DNA of 64,000 nucleotides from Flaccisagitta enflata (GCA_965153355.1 OZ231126.1:14136001-14200000), one strand, 5' to 3'; positions 33,195 to 45,140 are shown, counted from the stretch's first letter. Notes: generated by a model from the sequence alone, not told the origin. Numbers and translations: made by a program.

Positions 33195-35929
33195 CTCGGT
33201 TTCCTGTTTTGGACAGACAGACCAACAGACGGACCAACTGACCAACGGTCTAACGGACCGACGGACAAAGTCTTCAGTCAGTGGACAAACCGGGCGGGTA
33301 TAGGTAGGTATCTCTTCTGGTTGTTATAATTCTGAGAGAAGGTCAGTGCAGATATTTGATTTATTACTAAGTCCTAAAAGATTTCTAGGCTCAGGAAGTA
33401 ACAGAGAAAAGAGACATTTCTTAAGAGAGGCCACGCAAAATGATGAAAAATCATGTTTTTCAGAAAGTCATCATGACCAATTTATTCAGACGTGTGATAG
33501 AAAGGTGCCACTATACATATGAGAAGTCAAGGTTTGCTGGGACTGGAACAGCTCGTCAACAGCATCATTGAAAGAAATCTCCACAACTCATGAAGAAATA
33601 AAGTTGCAGTAGAAGTTGTTTTGTTGTTTTGTTTATGGTAAACCTACTATTTTCGTCGCTCCGACCCACAAATGATTTTCGTTATCACTAAGTGTATCAT
33701 TAAAAATTCGATCTTTCTTTGTTTTTTTAAAATCAATCAGCAATGATTATATACTTCATAATTACTGAAAGTATTGTTGGCGAGTAGAGACCTATAACTC
33801 TGGCCCAAAAAACTTCATCATGCGTGAATATAATACTTTTTAATGTGAAAAGTTAAGTAGGCAAGTAGAGGGCGATATTTCTCACACAAAAACTGCATCC
33901 TTGTTTACAATAAAAAGTTAAGTCGGCGAGTAGAAAGCTATATTTCTGGTCCTACAATTCTATTATAATTCTTTCTCCAAAAAATTTTTTTAGTAGACGA
34001 GTATAGCGAGAGCGAGAGTGGTAGTGCGAGAGCAATATTTTGGCTCAGAAAATTTATCATATTTTTTTTCTAAAAAAGAATAAGTTTAGTAGGCGAGTAT
34101 AAAGCGATATTTTTGACCCAAAAAGCACATTACAATTCTTTTTAAAATGAAAAGATATAAAAGGCGCTAACAGAGCGGTATTTCTGGCCCAAAAAATTCA
34201 TTCATTCATTTACGATATGAAAATAAAGTATTTATTTATTGCTAACAACAGGCCGATGCTCCAGAACATTTCAGAAATTTTCCAGTGGGATATTTATGAC
34301 ATTTGCTTGAATAAAGATTCTCATTCAGCCATGCTTCTGATGAAAACGTTCTGAGTTTCTTTTTTCTAAATCAATGATAATTAACCTCTTCTTCCGCCTC
34401 CATATATTTTCATCACTGTTTAACTTCCCCTCCTCCTCTCTCTTCCTCCTTCCTTTTCCACCGCTCTCTTCCTGCATTCTCTTCCTCCTTTCTTCTTTTT
34501 CTCTTCCTTTCCTCCTTTCCTCTGCTTTCTCGCTTGGTTTCCTCCATTCACTTATTTCCTTTCGGCTCTTCCTTCTCTTATTGTCATCTTTTTTTCTTTC
34601 CTCTTCCTCTTTTTGTCCCCACGCGCCATTTTCTCCTCCCCCAACTCCTCCTCGTACATTTGCAGTTGTCATCTGTCATCGATCATACGCCATCGATCTA
34701 TTCCTAAGTAGTTATTACAGTAAATAGAAAAACAATATCCCTCATCAGTCAATACCCAAGCTCAGATAAATGGAAGAGGGCCTTGTAATCCCTCACTGAC
34801 TAGTTAATATGCGCAACACTCCTAGATTTCCATAAAACAGAATCTTAAAGACTCACCTTCTCAATCTAAACAAAAGTAAACTGCTTACCAGAAAGTAGAT
34901 AAGGACAATGATTGTAACCTGTGTAATCAAAATCCAACAGATCACTCAAGGGTAACATTGTTGAGAAACCATACCCAATACCCATACCCATACCCATACC
35001 CATTACCCAATGTACGACATCCTTATCACAAAGTTTGCATCCATCGCTCCACTATTCCTTTTTAACAACTTAAGTCTTGGCACCCAATTCCCTTCCTTAT
35101 GAACCAAACCTCGAATTTAGAACCCTTCCCATTTAAAGCCCAGAGGCCATTATCTCAACCTCTTCACAAACAAATCTTTATCTCCCCCTTCTTTTCATCT
35201 AAAACTTTTATCATATCTCACATCTATTTTTACTGTTTAAGATTTAGTTTTGTCTTATAGAACTTTTTACGATATAGAACCTCTCTGAAATCCTCCATCG
35301 GTAAACACAAAAACATAATATCTACTTTCTTGCATGATCTTCAAATTGCTTTCATCCTTTTATTTGAAGTTTGTTTCAAACATAATTTTCTTCTTGAACT
35401 TTTTCAGTTCTACACTTTTATTACAATGTCCTGTATTTATCTTCCCTTTCGCGTCCCTACCATACTCGCTTGCTTCGGCCTCCTTTTTGGGCAGCGGCCC
35501 CAAAGGGCCGATGTCCTGTAGGACACAGGGGGTAATTTCCATACGTCCGTCCCCCCCTGAAGCTTCCCAAGCCTCCCCATCGAATAACATGGGAAATTGA
35601 TGAAATGCAAATTTCCCATTTAATAACATGGAAAATTGATAAAAAAAAAAAAAAATATGAAATTCTTATTGAATAACATGGGAAATTGATGCAAAATTGA
35701 AAATATGCAAAACTCCCATTGAATTTCATGGAAAATTGCTTCAATGGCCTTAATTGTGCCCTGTCAGGACGTATGGAAATTCAGTTCTTTGTGTCCGCTG
35801 CCCTGCTCTCACTTCACTTCTTCAGTTATCACCCCAAGCAGGGCATCGGGTACCGCTGACCATGTGCGATCCTTGGATGACTTGTTTTAAACCATCCTCA
35901 TTCTGACCTGTCCCACCTCCCTGCACCCC

Positions 35930-36870
35930 CTCCCCCTCCCCCAGCCTTTTCTCTCAGCTTAGGTATTCGATCGTGGATATCAGTTGGTAATTCCTCTTTA
36001 ATTCTCTATTCGTTCTTCTCTCCCCCCTTTTCTTCCTCCTTAACTTTCGTTGCTCTTTTATCAGATTTAGTATAGTACACGAGTAAAAAGCCCAGATTCT
36101 TCTCCTTCCCTAGCCTTTTCTCTCAGCTTAAGTATTTAATCTTAGAACTCATTCGGTCATTCCTCTTTAATTCTCTACTATTTCTTCTCTCCCTCATTCT
36201 TCCTCCTTTACTTTTGTTGCTCTCATATCAGATCTAGTAAAGTACATAAGTAAAGATCCCAGATTCTTCTCCATCCTCAGCCTTTCCTCTCAGGTATTTA
36301 ATCATATCTATTTTCTCTTTCCGTCATTCCTCTTATTTCTTCCCTCCCTTATTCTTCCTCCTTTACTTTCGTTGCTCTCATATCAGATTTAGTATAGTAC
36401 ACGAATAAAGAGCCCAGATTCTTGTCCTTCCCCAGCCATTTCTCTCAGCTTAGGTTTTCAATCTTAGAACTCATTCGGTCACTCCACTTTAATTCTCTAC
36501 TATATCACTAATATCAGATCTAGTAAAGTACACGAGTAAAGATCCCAGATTCTTCTCCTTCCCCAGCCATTTCTCTCGGCTTCGGTTTTCGATTGTAGAT
36601 CTCATTCGGTAATTCCTCTTTAATTCTCTACTATTTCTTCCCTCATTCGTTCTTTCTCCTTCACTTTCGTTTCTCTCATTTCAGATTTAGAATAGTACAC
36701 GAGTAATGAGCCCAATGTCTTCTTTTTATTTTCACTTAGCTTATTCGATCGTAGATCTCATTCCTCATCTAATCAATACTCCACCATTTGATTTCTCCCC
36801 TCCCTCTTTCTTTCTTCCTCATTTCCGTTGCTCTCTTTTCAGATTTAGTAAAAGTAGAGGGTAGAGAGCC
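35930..36870 (+). repeat. Degenerate pyrimidine-rich tandem repeat (~130-170-bp units)
   Basis: Recurrent TCAGAT(T/C)TAGTA..GTACACGAGTAAA..CCCAGATTCTT units. Confidence 0.75.
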
Positions 36871-37355
36871 CAAAGAGCTGGAGAGTAGAGAGTAGAGAGC
36901 TCAAATTCTTCTTGTTTTCGATTTCTCCGCGCTCTTCGTATTTTCACGTCGTATTTCTCGTTTTCGTAATGTTGATATCCGGACCTTTTCTTGATTATAA
37001 TGGTCATATAGTAGGTGAGACGATATTTTTGAGCATGATGCAGGCACGCGCACGCACACGCGCAGGCCCACCCTTATGTTTAAGCAATCATGACCCTTTT
37101 CCAAACCCAACCTTGATCTGCCTGCAGCCTTTTTCTATGTTTTCAAATTCAAATGTTATAGATTTACCTAGGTAAAATTGATAGCGATGGCTTAACACAG
37201 AAATCGCTCTTTTTTTCCGATTCCATGAATAAGCTACAAGTTTATATTGTTTAAAAGGATTTTTTTCAAAGCAGGTGAAAATGTATTTATCTAATGTGAA
37301 ATATTCTTAATCTTTAACATTTTAAATGTAGTACGCATTGTTCTTTCTTCGGCTA

Positions 37356-38104
37356 CAGTATGATTTTTTTCAAATGTAACATAAGATGAGAACATTATGC
37401 AAAAACTAGAAGAGCTAGCCAAATTCTGAAAGCAGCTCTTAGAAGAAGAGAGTTTGCAGTTATTTGCTAAGAGATTCTAAGGGTTTTTTTTGAAGAAAAT
37501 TGATATCTATCTTACTTTGTTAATTGGGATTGAAATTTAGAAATGTGGAAAAATGGAAAAGATTGATGAAATTTTGGCTGAACTATTTCTCTTTAAATTG
37601 CTCTTATTTCCAAACGGTTTGAGCTACAGATGCCAGATTGGTCCCAAATGAAAGCTTTTTTGAGGTACTTTTTGGGAAAAACTCAACAGTCAGACTTTTT
37701 TTGAGTTTTGAATGCATTTGGTTAACTGAAAGTCAATTCTGCAAACAATGTTTCCTGAAACAACAAAATTGTTTATGTTTGGCGGGATAACTCTTTGTTT
37801 TTCAACTAAAACTACATCAAAATATCTCTCATTTGAGACCAATCTGGGATCCGTAGCTCAAACCGTTTAGAAATGGGAGCGATATACAGAAAGAGAATCA
37901 CAACAAAACAGCCTTTTTTGGCAGAATCGGCCCTTCTATTCACATGCGTTAATCAGATCAAAATAGCAGAAAAAGTCCTTGGGATTTACCATCAAAAATC
38001 TGCAAACTCATATCTTCCAAGTGTTTTTTTTTAGATTATAGCTAGCTCTTCTACTTTTCGTGCTATGTTATCATCTTATGTTACAGTTCAAAAAAACCAT
38101 ACTG
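37356..38104. mobile_element. Tc1/mariner-type MITE
   Basis: Starts TA|CAGTATGATTTTTTT and ends AAAAAAACCATACTG. Internally palindromic and related to 45616-46384. Confidence 0.7.
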
Positions 38105-38250
38105 TCGATCCCTGGCCCAGCATTTCCTAGAGTTGAACCTTGAGGCCTTCGACTTAGAGTAAGAAGAGACAAATTCAAACAAATATTCACTGGGAGTAAA
38201 AATTCGAAAATAATAAATTTCCGTTGACTGAAACGGCAAATGCGCGGGAA

Positions 38251-38373
<123 letters not shown>

Positions 38374-38417
38374 AAAGAAAGAAAGAAAGAAAGAAAGAGA
38401 AAAGAAAGAAAAACAAA

Positions 38418-38493
<76 letters not shown>

Positions 38494-39961
38494 GAGAAAA
38501 ACAGGAATAAGGAAAAAAGAAATCCAGTGAAAGAAAACATGACCAGCGGACAGACAGTCGAGACAGACGGACAGATAGAGTTGATTTCAGCGCATGTTTC
38601 CTCCAAATTTCATGTCTTGCGCAATAACATGAAATACACTTGATGCGAAAGTAAAACTTGAAGCGGTTTAGCTTGGACAAGTAATAATCAATTTCAATGT
38701 TAAAACCCACATTTTCGCTCATGCCCCCCCAATTTCAGCTACGATATTGAAACCCTGCGTTACCTGTTTGTCCCTTTCCCTTTGGCCTTTGCCCACTTGG
38801 ACGACTGGACGTAGTTATGCTTTGTTAAATGCGAATTTGCGTTTGTCAACATACTTTGGCGTTTGTGAGCGCGAATGTCCTTTTGTGAGTGCGAATGAAT
38901 GATTGTGAACACGAATGTGTGCCAGTTCGTGCTTATATGGGATTGAGAAAGCTGATTTTGAGAGCAAATTTGCGCTTGTGACTGAGTTGTGTGTGAGTCG
39001 AAGTGTGTGCTTGGGATCGGAATACACTCTTTATTTTTTTTAAGGACCAGTAAATTTTTTTTGAGCCTCGGATGTCCTTAAATTATCAAAAATTTGAGGC
39101 TGAAATGTTCTTAAAATGTCCTTAATTTTTTCTTCGCAAAGCAAGTATCTAATTATTGTCAAATGTAACTATACCTAACTAAATAATATAAAAAATAGAA
39201 TAGATATGACAAATTGGTTTTGAAAGAAAATAAACTTTTCAACAGGGGTGTATATAATTGAGTGGCTTTTGATTTTATTTCCCCCCTGCCTTTGATTACT
39301 ATTTGCGTGGCGGCGTGTGATACAACAACTTTGGAACACTGTTTATAAGAACATCAGCCTCAGATTTTGCCAAAAAATAAGAACATCTTAAGAACATGCT
39401 GAGCCTCAGATTTGAAGATAAGAATATAAGTTTATAAAAAAGTAGTCAAATTAGATGAAAAACCCTGAATAATGGATATTTTGATAATACTTTTTAAAAT
39501 GAAAATTCACTATTTATCAAGTAATAATCTTATATTTCTTTTTATTCAATGAAAATGTCTTTTTTTACAATTGTTTAAAAAACTAACTTTTATATTGATA
39601 TGAATATATAATTCAAGAGATTATCTAACTCAAAAATAAGAACATATTAAGAACGTTTTAGCCTCAAAAAGAGGCTGAAAATAAGAACGCTGAGGCTGAC
39701 TTTAAAAATCCATGTTCTTATAAAAAGAATGAAAACGTATATCTATATGATTTTGCCCTACAAAGCAATAAAACAGTAGCAATATAGGTTGCAAATGTGA
39801 TATGTTATTGTAGTAATCTAGATTTTGCACCTTTTGGTACTTTACCGCCAAGTGTTGAATCTTGAGTATCTTTTCTTTTTTTCAAGCTTTTGATTTTTAA
39901 ACCTGTCCAGGCCAGCACAGTTTCTTCCCCCTGGGAAAAGGGAGATGCGCTNNNNNNNNNN

Positions 39962-41591
39962 ATTCTTCAAAAATCAGCTTTCATTAATACACAAAAAATG
40001 TTTATGCATATCGGTTTAATGATGGTTAAAGATGCGGGAGAAGAGAAAATTTCAATTGAAGATGGAGTTATCCCACCAGCTTCTCCTGCCCAACAATTAT
40101 TCCATGACATAAGTGTAACAATGTCGGATATGTCACTTTCAAGGCCCTCCACATATTATTCCATGCTAGTGCATATTCAACAGATGTTAGAGATTTCTAG
40201 ACCTGTTAAAGAATCCTGGTTGAATTTTTATGAGGGGTATGATGACGATATCGATGGAGCATACTCATCAGTTGACGAAGCTGTTGAAAAAAAAGGAGAT
40301 AAACTTATTGCAAAAAATGCCACTGGACGCAGAATGATTAAAATCTTGAATAAAAAAGTAAACGAATACTTAATCTCACTCGAAACTCCTTTAAAACACT
40401 TTCCAATTCTAATCCCTACGGTAATTTATAAATTGGCATATTTTTTAAAATTTTGAAAAAAAAAATTTTTTTTTTAAATTTTTATCCATTTTTTTTTAAC
40501 AGGGGTTACCAATTTCTCTACGCTGCTTCCTAACCTCTCCTCAGGTTAGATTAATGTAAATCTTAGCCACCTGAAAGTGGACAGAGGACAAAATATCAAT
40601 GCAGAATTTTGTAACATGCAACTAAAAAATTCATTTTTACTTTTTACACTTTTTATAGAAATATTTCGTGGTTCCAGCCAATAGCACTTGTAAACCCAAG
40701 TTTAAGATTACTGAAGGCAAAATCTTGGCGGAACTTCTTCTTCTAAAACCAAATCTCATTCTTGCAATTGAAAGTCGTATGGCCAAAAACTTTCTACAAG
40801 TGGACTTTCAGAGTAGATTCGTCAAAACATTCAGGTTTTTTTGTTTTGTTTTGATTGATTTTGTTTTTGTTTTATTTTTTAATTCTTTCTTTTTTTCTTT
40901 CTTTCTTTTTATATATGTTAGTATCGAGGTTGGCGTCCTGGAGAAAAATCTTCAAATTCACTGTCGTCAGGCATGTTCTTACATCATTTGCGGTTTCCAA
41001 GATAACGTGACACATTGCGGAAATTATCAGAAAAACTATTTTGAGTATACCAGATGCGGTATCCAAAATGCTTATGTAACTTGCAGCGCTGCTGATTTTC
41101 GAATTCCGTCTTTACCAATTCCTACCATTGGCGGACAACAATCCGGTGATTAAAACACACTTGAGACATAGCCATCACAAGTATTGAGACCAACCAATCA
41201 ACTTTGTGTATATATTAAACAATCAAAAAATTTTTAAATACCTATGCAGGCTACGATTTTACCAATTCAAGAGCATTGAAAGCCAGCTATTGGTATGTTT
41301 TGAATACCTTTGGCAAATTGACAAGTAATGCAGGAACCAAAGATTTCTCATTTGATTCCTGGAAAAGCCATAGATTCCTACTACCTTTTAATCTCTCGGG
41401 CGAGGATTCCATCACAGATCCAGAAAACAGAAGGAAAACCACTTTCCGCCCTATTGCAACAGCCAACGATTACTCACTTTATCTGCGTTTTAAAACGCCA
41501 ACAACCAGGTACCACTACCACCAATAACAAGGCCAAAATACATACCCTAGTCGCGTGCGGGGGAAGAGGAGAGGGATTGGCAAGAACAGTG

Positions 41592-41661
<70 letters not shown>

Positions 41662-41755
41662 TGTGATTCGCGTCATAGTTATCTATCTGCAGGCTAGGTC
41701 TATAGGGGTACTCTCTGACCGCACATGTATCAGAAATTTTGAACAAGATCAATAA
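39962..41755 (+). CDS. Polinton-type double-jelly-roll major capsid protein, spliced and 5'-truncated (~417 aa visible). Exons 39962-40420, 40503-40544, 40659-40834, 40922-41145, 41250-41508, 41662-41755
   Basis: Five GT-AG introns with matching phases (0,0,2,1,2); exons total 1254 nt including the stop. The joined protein has MCP-like blocks in the expected order: QQLFHDISVTM...YYSMLVHIQQML; LIPTGLPISLR; FKITEGKIL...FVKTFSI; IICGF..N..CGNYQKNYF; FLLPFNLS; LYLRFK...VIVIYLQARSIGVLSDR. Confidence 0.82.
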
Positions 41756-41775
41756 CAAGACAACAAGACAACAAA

Positions 41776-42336
41776 ATGTCATTTTCATCAAGAGAACTCA
41801 TAACCACAGACAAAGATTTAATGAAATATTTAAAGAAAATTCCGAAAGCACTAAAATTTATCAATAACGGAGCCCTCATTCTTCCTTATGATAAAATTTT
41901 AACATTAAAAGACAATATCTTTTTAAATAAAAGAAAAATGGCCATAGTGCTAAATTCTACACATTCACAAGAAATATATCAAACCACAGGCCACTGGTTC
42001 CTTCTGGCCTTAGACCTACGCAGTCGTAATAAACAATGCTTACTTGTTGATAGCTTGGCAAGCATGTATAGAGATAATAAGGATATAAAAGATACAATTG
42101 ACACTTTTTGTAGTACTCATCGCCTTTCATTGTCGCATTTCAATTTAACTACACAATCTCGGAAAAATGTATGTTGTGGTTTTTTTTTTATTTTCTATTT
42201 ACGACTTTTTACAGTACACAACATCCCACACTTTTTTAAAATAAAACAGCTTTTAAAAGATTATTCCTTGTTAGAACGCGAAAAATATGTCCTGAACCGT
42301 TCCTATAAATTATGTAAATTTGGTGTTTTGTCTTAA
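41776..42336 (+). CDS. Adenain-like (clan CE) cysteine protease, Polinton maturation protease
   Basis: 186 aa with catalytic order His (IVLNST...TGHWF), Asp (LVDSLA) and Gln/Cys (QSRKNVCCGFF). Lies directly after the MCP. Confidence 0.88.
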   Translation: MSFSSRELITTDKDLMKYLKKIPKALKFINNGALILPYDKILTLKDNIFLNKRKMAIVLNSTHSQEIYQTTGHWFLLALDLRSRNKQCLLVDSLASMYRDNKDIKDTIDTFCSTHRLSLSHFNLTTQSRKNVCCGFFFIFYLRLFTVHNIPHFFKIKQLLKDYSLLEREKYVLNRSYKLCKFGVLS

Positions 42337-42347
42337 TTTAGTGAAAC

Positions 42348-43334
42348 ATGGCAACATTTGTTTCCCTCCTTTGGTCACCTCTTCTTCACATTGTGAAAAC
42401 TTTATCCAACTTTTACAATAAACTTTTCTCTGAGCGTACAACACAATCTCTTACGAATGAGAGCATCGATATGGAAGACAAACCACGAGATGGCATCCCT
42501 GGAGACAACTTTGGAGACGACTCTGGCCCTGGAGACAACTCCAGAGATGGCTCTGGCTCTGGAGACAACTCTGGCTCTGGAAATGAAAAATCCGAAAAAT
42601 CCACGTCTGGGTCTCACTCTGGAGGCTCATCTGGCTCTGAAGACTCATCTGGCCCTGCAGACAACTCTGGAGACAACTCTGGCTCTGAAAACCAAAAATC
42701 CACATCTGGCTCTGGAGACAACTCTGATCCTGTAGGCGACAACTCTGGCTCTGGCTTCGCGAGCTCTGATGCCAGAGATTCCAACAAAAGACCCGGCCCT
42801 GACTCTGGCTCTGAAAACAAGAAATCCGAAAAGAAATCCACGTCTGGCTCTGGCTCTGAAGACAGCTCTGCCTCTGGAGGCGGCGCTGCCTGGGAAAGCG
42901 GTTTCTGGATGTCAGCTGGCTCGGATGGCTCAGATGTCAGAGGAGTCGGCCTAGGACCTGACTTAAAACCCGGCCCTAACAACGACATCCTCGATTCTGG
43001 ACCTGGAAGAACGTTGATCCTCATGCCTGACGCGACTGAAACCGAAGCAGGCCATCTTCTATTTGTCGAATTACGAAGCGGCTTTCGCATCATCGTCAAC
43101 AAATTTAAAGAAAAATTGCCTCCTAGTTTGCTTGACAAAAGCCCTCGAGAAAAAGAGCTTCACGCTCTTCAAGTCGCGATTCTTAAAAACAAGGACTTTC
43201 TTGAGGATCGAAAATTCCGTTTATGCCTCACGTCTGTCCCTTTATTTTTGTATTTGTTGAACGCGAATCCCGACCAATTGAAATTCTTAGAGCCTTTCAA
43301 TTTCGCACTGGCCTTTGCAAAAAAAAAAGAATAA
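42348..43334 (+). CDS. Orphan element protein, 328 aa, with G/S/D-rich repeat region and globular-looking C-terminus
   Basis: ATG 11 bp after the protease stop; open frame with internal GGAGACAACTCTGG repeats. Confidence 0.7.
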   Translation: MATFVSLLWSPLLHIVKTLSNFYNKLFSERTTQSLTNESIDMEDKPRDGIPGDNFGDDSGPGDNSRDGSGSGDNSGSGNEKSEKSTSGSHSGGSSGSEDSSGPADNSGDNSGSENQKSTSGSGDNSDPVGDNSGSGFASSDARDSNKRPGPDSGSENKKSEKKSTSGSGSEDSSASGGGAAWESGFWMSAGSDGSDVRGVGLGPDLKPGPNNDILDSGPGRTLILMPDATETEAGHLLFVELRSGFRIIVNKFKEKLPPSLLDKSPREKELHALQVAILKNKDFLEDRKFRLCLTSVPLFLYLLNANPDQLKFLEPFNFALAFAKKKE

Positions 43335-43573
43335 GTAGACTTACAATGTCACGAATTTTGTAAATATCATTATGATAGACAATAGACGAAGACGTCATAG
43401 TGATCATCGCATTAATCAATAGTCATTTAATATCCGAAATCATTGTAATCAATAATCGTATGATGTCTAATATCATAGTATCGTTTGCCTTTCAAAGTAA
43501 TCACCGTTTTAATATATAGTCATGTAATATCTTAAATCACCGTAATCGATAATCATATGTTCAATGTTCACAG

Positions 43574-44014
43574 ATGGAAAGTGGAAAACAGACAGATTCT
43601 GAATCAACTGTGCCAAAACAAGTTGAATCAGAACACCGATCGCCAAACCTGACACTACCAAGATTTCCGCCTCACCACCCAATCGATACTGTCCCACCTA
43701 CTAGTTTCTCAACCCACCTCGATCTGAACCACCCTAATCTACCATTACGTCCTAGGAAACTCGGCTTTGCCCTCTGCACTGTCGTACTAATCCTACTGAC
43801 CACCCAATTTGCATCAAATATCGCGCAAACCAAGTATTTTGCCGACCTTGTTGAGATTGAATCACACCACGAAAATCCATCTGTGCAGCAGCCATTCGCA
43901 ACCTGCATTGTCAACAATAGAAGCAAAACTCTAACTCTTATTTGTAAGAACGCTGTGACTCGTCGATATTCGTTGAGGGATTTAAATCTGGACACGTGCG
44001 GCTTTGGAGGATAA
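43574..44014 (+). CDS. Orphan 146-aa putative single-pass membrane protein
   Basis: Pro-rich N-terminus, basic RPRK then hydrophobic LGFALCTVVLILLTTQF, and a C-terminal part with 3 Cys. Confidence 0.6.
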   Translation: MESGKQTDSESTVPKQVESEHRSPNLTLPRFPPHHPIDTVPPTSFSTHLDLNHPNLPLRPRKLGFALCTVVLILLTTQFASNIAQTKYFADLVEIESHHENPSVQQPFATCIVNNRSKTLTLICKNAVTRRYSLRDLNLDTCGFGG

Positions 44015-44185
44015 TTTGCATGGATGCACAAGATCTTCAATTAAAGGCATTAAACAGGTAAACCTTACCTCAGGTTTAGCTAGTCTATATAAACAGCGAA
44101 TATAAATAATGATTCCATTCATAATTTTTCATCTTATATTAGAGAACTCATTCATTCACGAAAAAAAAAGAACAACCAAATCAAA

Positions 44186-44441
44186 ATGGGTCGTAGAAGA
44201 AGAAAACGGAAAGGAAACAATAGGCGACGTAGACGTAGACGCAGACGCAGAACAAAAGTACTTATGCATATTCTATATTACATACATACAGACATGGTAT
44301 GACATACTAAATTACATACATGTACATAAACATTGCATATCAACATTCTTGTTACAGGGTGCTGGAACATCACAAAAAAGTGCGTTACGTGGAGTGAAAA
44401 GAACAATAGCCAAACGAAGACGGAGACGAAAAACGAAATGA
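44186..44441 (+). CDS. Spliced 51-aa Arg-rich protamine-like protein (exons 44186-44257, 44358-44441)
   Basis: MGRRRRKRKGNNRRRRRRRRRRTK|GAGTSQKSALRGVKRTIAKRRRRRKTK*. Phase-0 intron GTACTT...TTACAG of 100 nt. Arg codons are mixed (CGT/AGA/CGC/CGA/CGG/AGG), so not a simple microsatellite. TATATAAA at ~44086. Confidence 0.7.
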
Positions 44442-44555
44442 TTCTGTACAAACTCTTTCACTTGATATGGTCGTTGGAAAAAGTAAAAAACAAAGATTAA
44501 AAGCCTTTTTTAAAAAAAGGAAGATTAAGAATATCATTATTCTTTATATGTAAAT

Positions 44556-45140
44556 ATGGCTGAAGTTGAAGAAGATCACCCTTTTCAATACTTTCCTACT
44601 TATTCTTTAAATGAGCCAGATTATTCAATTTTAAGACACCGTTTATCCACTTTCATTGACTGGCCCCGTCATCGTTCCCAAACTCCATTACTTCTTGCGG
44701 CTGCGGGCTTTTACATGACTAATGCGTACAGAGGATCAGTAAGATGTTTTTGTTGTGGGCTTGAATTGAGAGATTGGGAACCTGGAGATATAGCAATGTA
44801 TGAGCATGAAAAATTCGCCCCTAATTGTCGCTTTATTATTGAAGAACGCGAAAAACGAGCCAAACGACATGGAACTGAAGATTTAACCCCTTTTATTCGC
44901 GCACTTGATTCTGCAAACAAAAATGATTTAGTTAATCATGGTGAAGATCTGCTTGTCAAAATCAGGTGTAAGGTGTGCTTCACCAAAGTAGCTAATACAC
45001 TATTGTTACCGTGTGCACACTTGGCCCTTTGCCCTGATTGTTGTTCGCGCATCCACCCATGCAATAGAATGTATCCTTACGATAGGAAGTGTCCAGTTTG
45101 TCGCTCACTCTTTCTGAATGAAATTCAAGTGTATCTGTAA
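44556..45140 (+). CDS. iap: Inhibitor of apoptosis protein (single BIR + C-terminal RING)
   Basis: BIR: RLSTFIDWP...LAAAGFY...VRCFCC...W...EHEKFAPNC. RING: CKVC...LLPCAHLALCPDC...CPVCR. Intronless, with AATAAA overlapping/after the stop. Confidence 0.95.
   Translation: MAEVEEDHPFQYFPTYSLNEPDYSILRHRLSTFIDWPRHRSQTPLLLAAAGFYMTNAYRGSVRCFCCGLELRDWEPGDIAMYEHEKFAPNCRFIIEEREKRAKRHGTEDLTPFIRALDSANKNDLVNHGEDLLVKIRCKVCFTKVANTLLLPCAHLALCPDCCSRIHPCNRMYPYDRKCPVCRSLFLNEIQVYL

Noticed and set aside
34730-35330. Possible decayed LINE 3' end (CKLCDKDV-like motif on the minus strand)
   Set aside because: Multiple stops and too little recognisable sequence to support a call.
39890-39951. N-terminus of the 188-aa ORF as the MCP start
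   Set aside because: It lies on the other side of an assembly gap, so frame continuity is coincidental.
44109-44441. 110-aa unspliced ORF
   Set aside because: Better explained by the spliced Arg-rich gene that shares only its last 27 codons.
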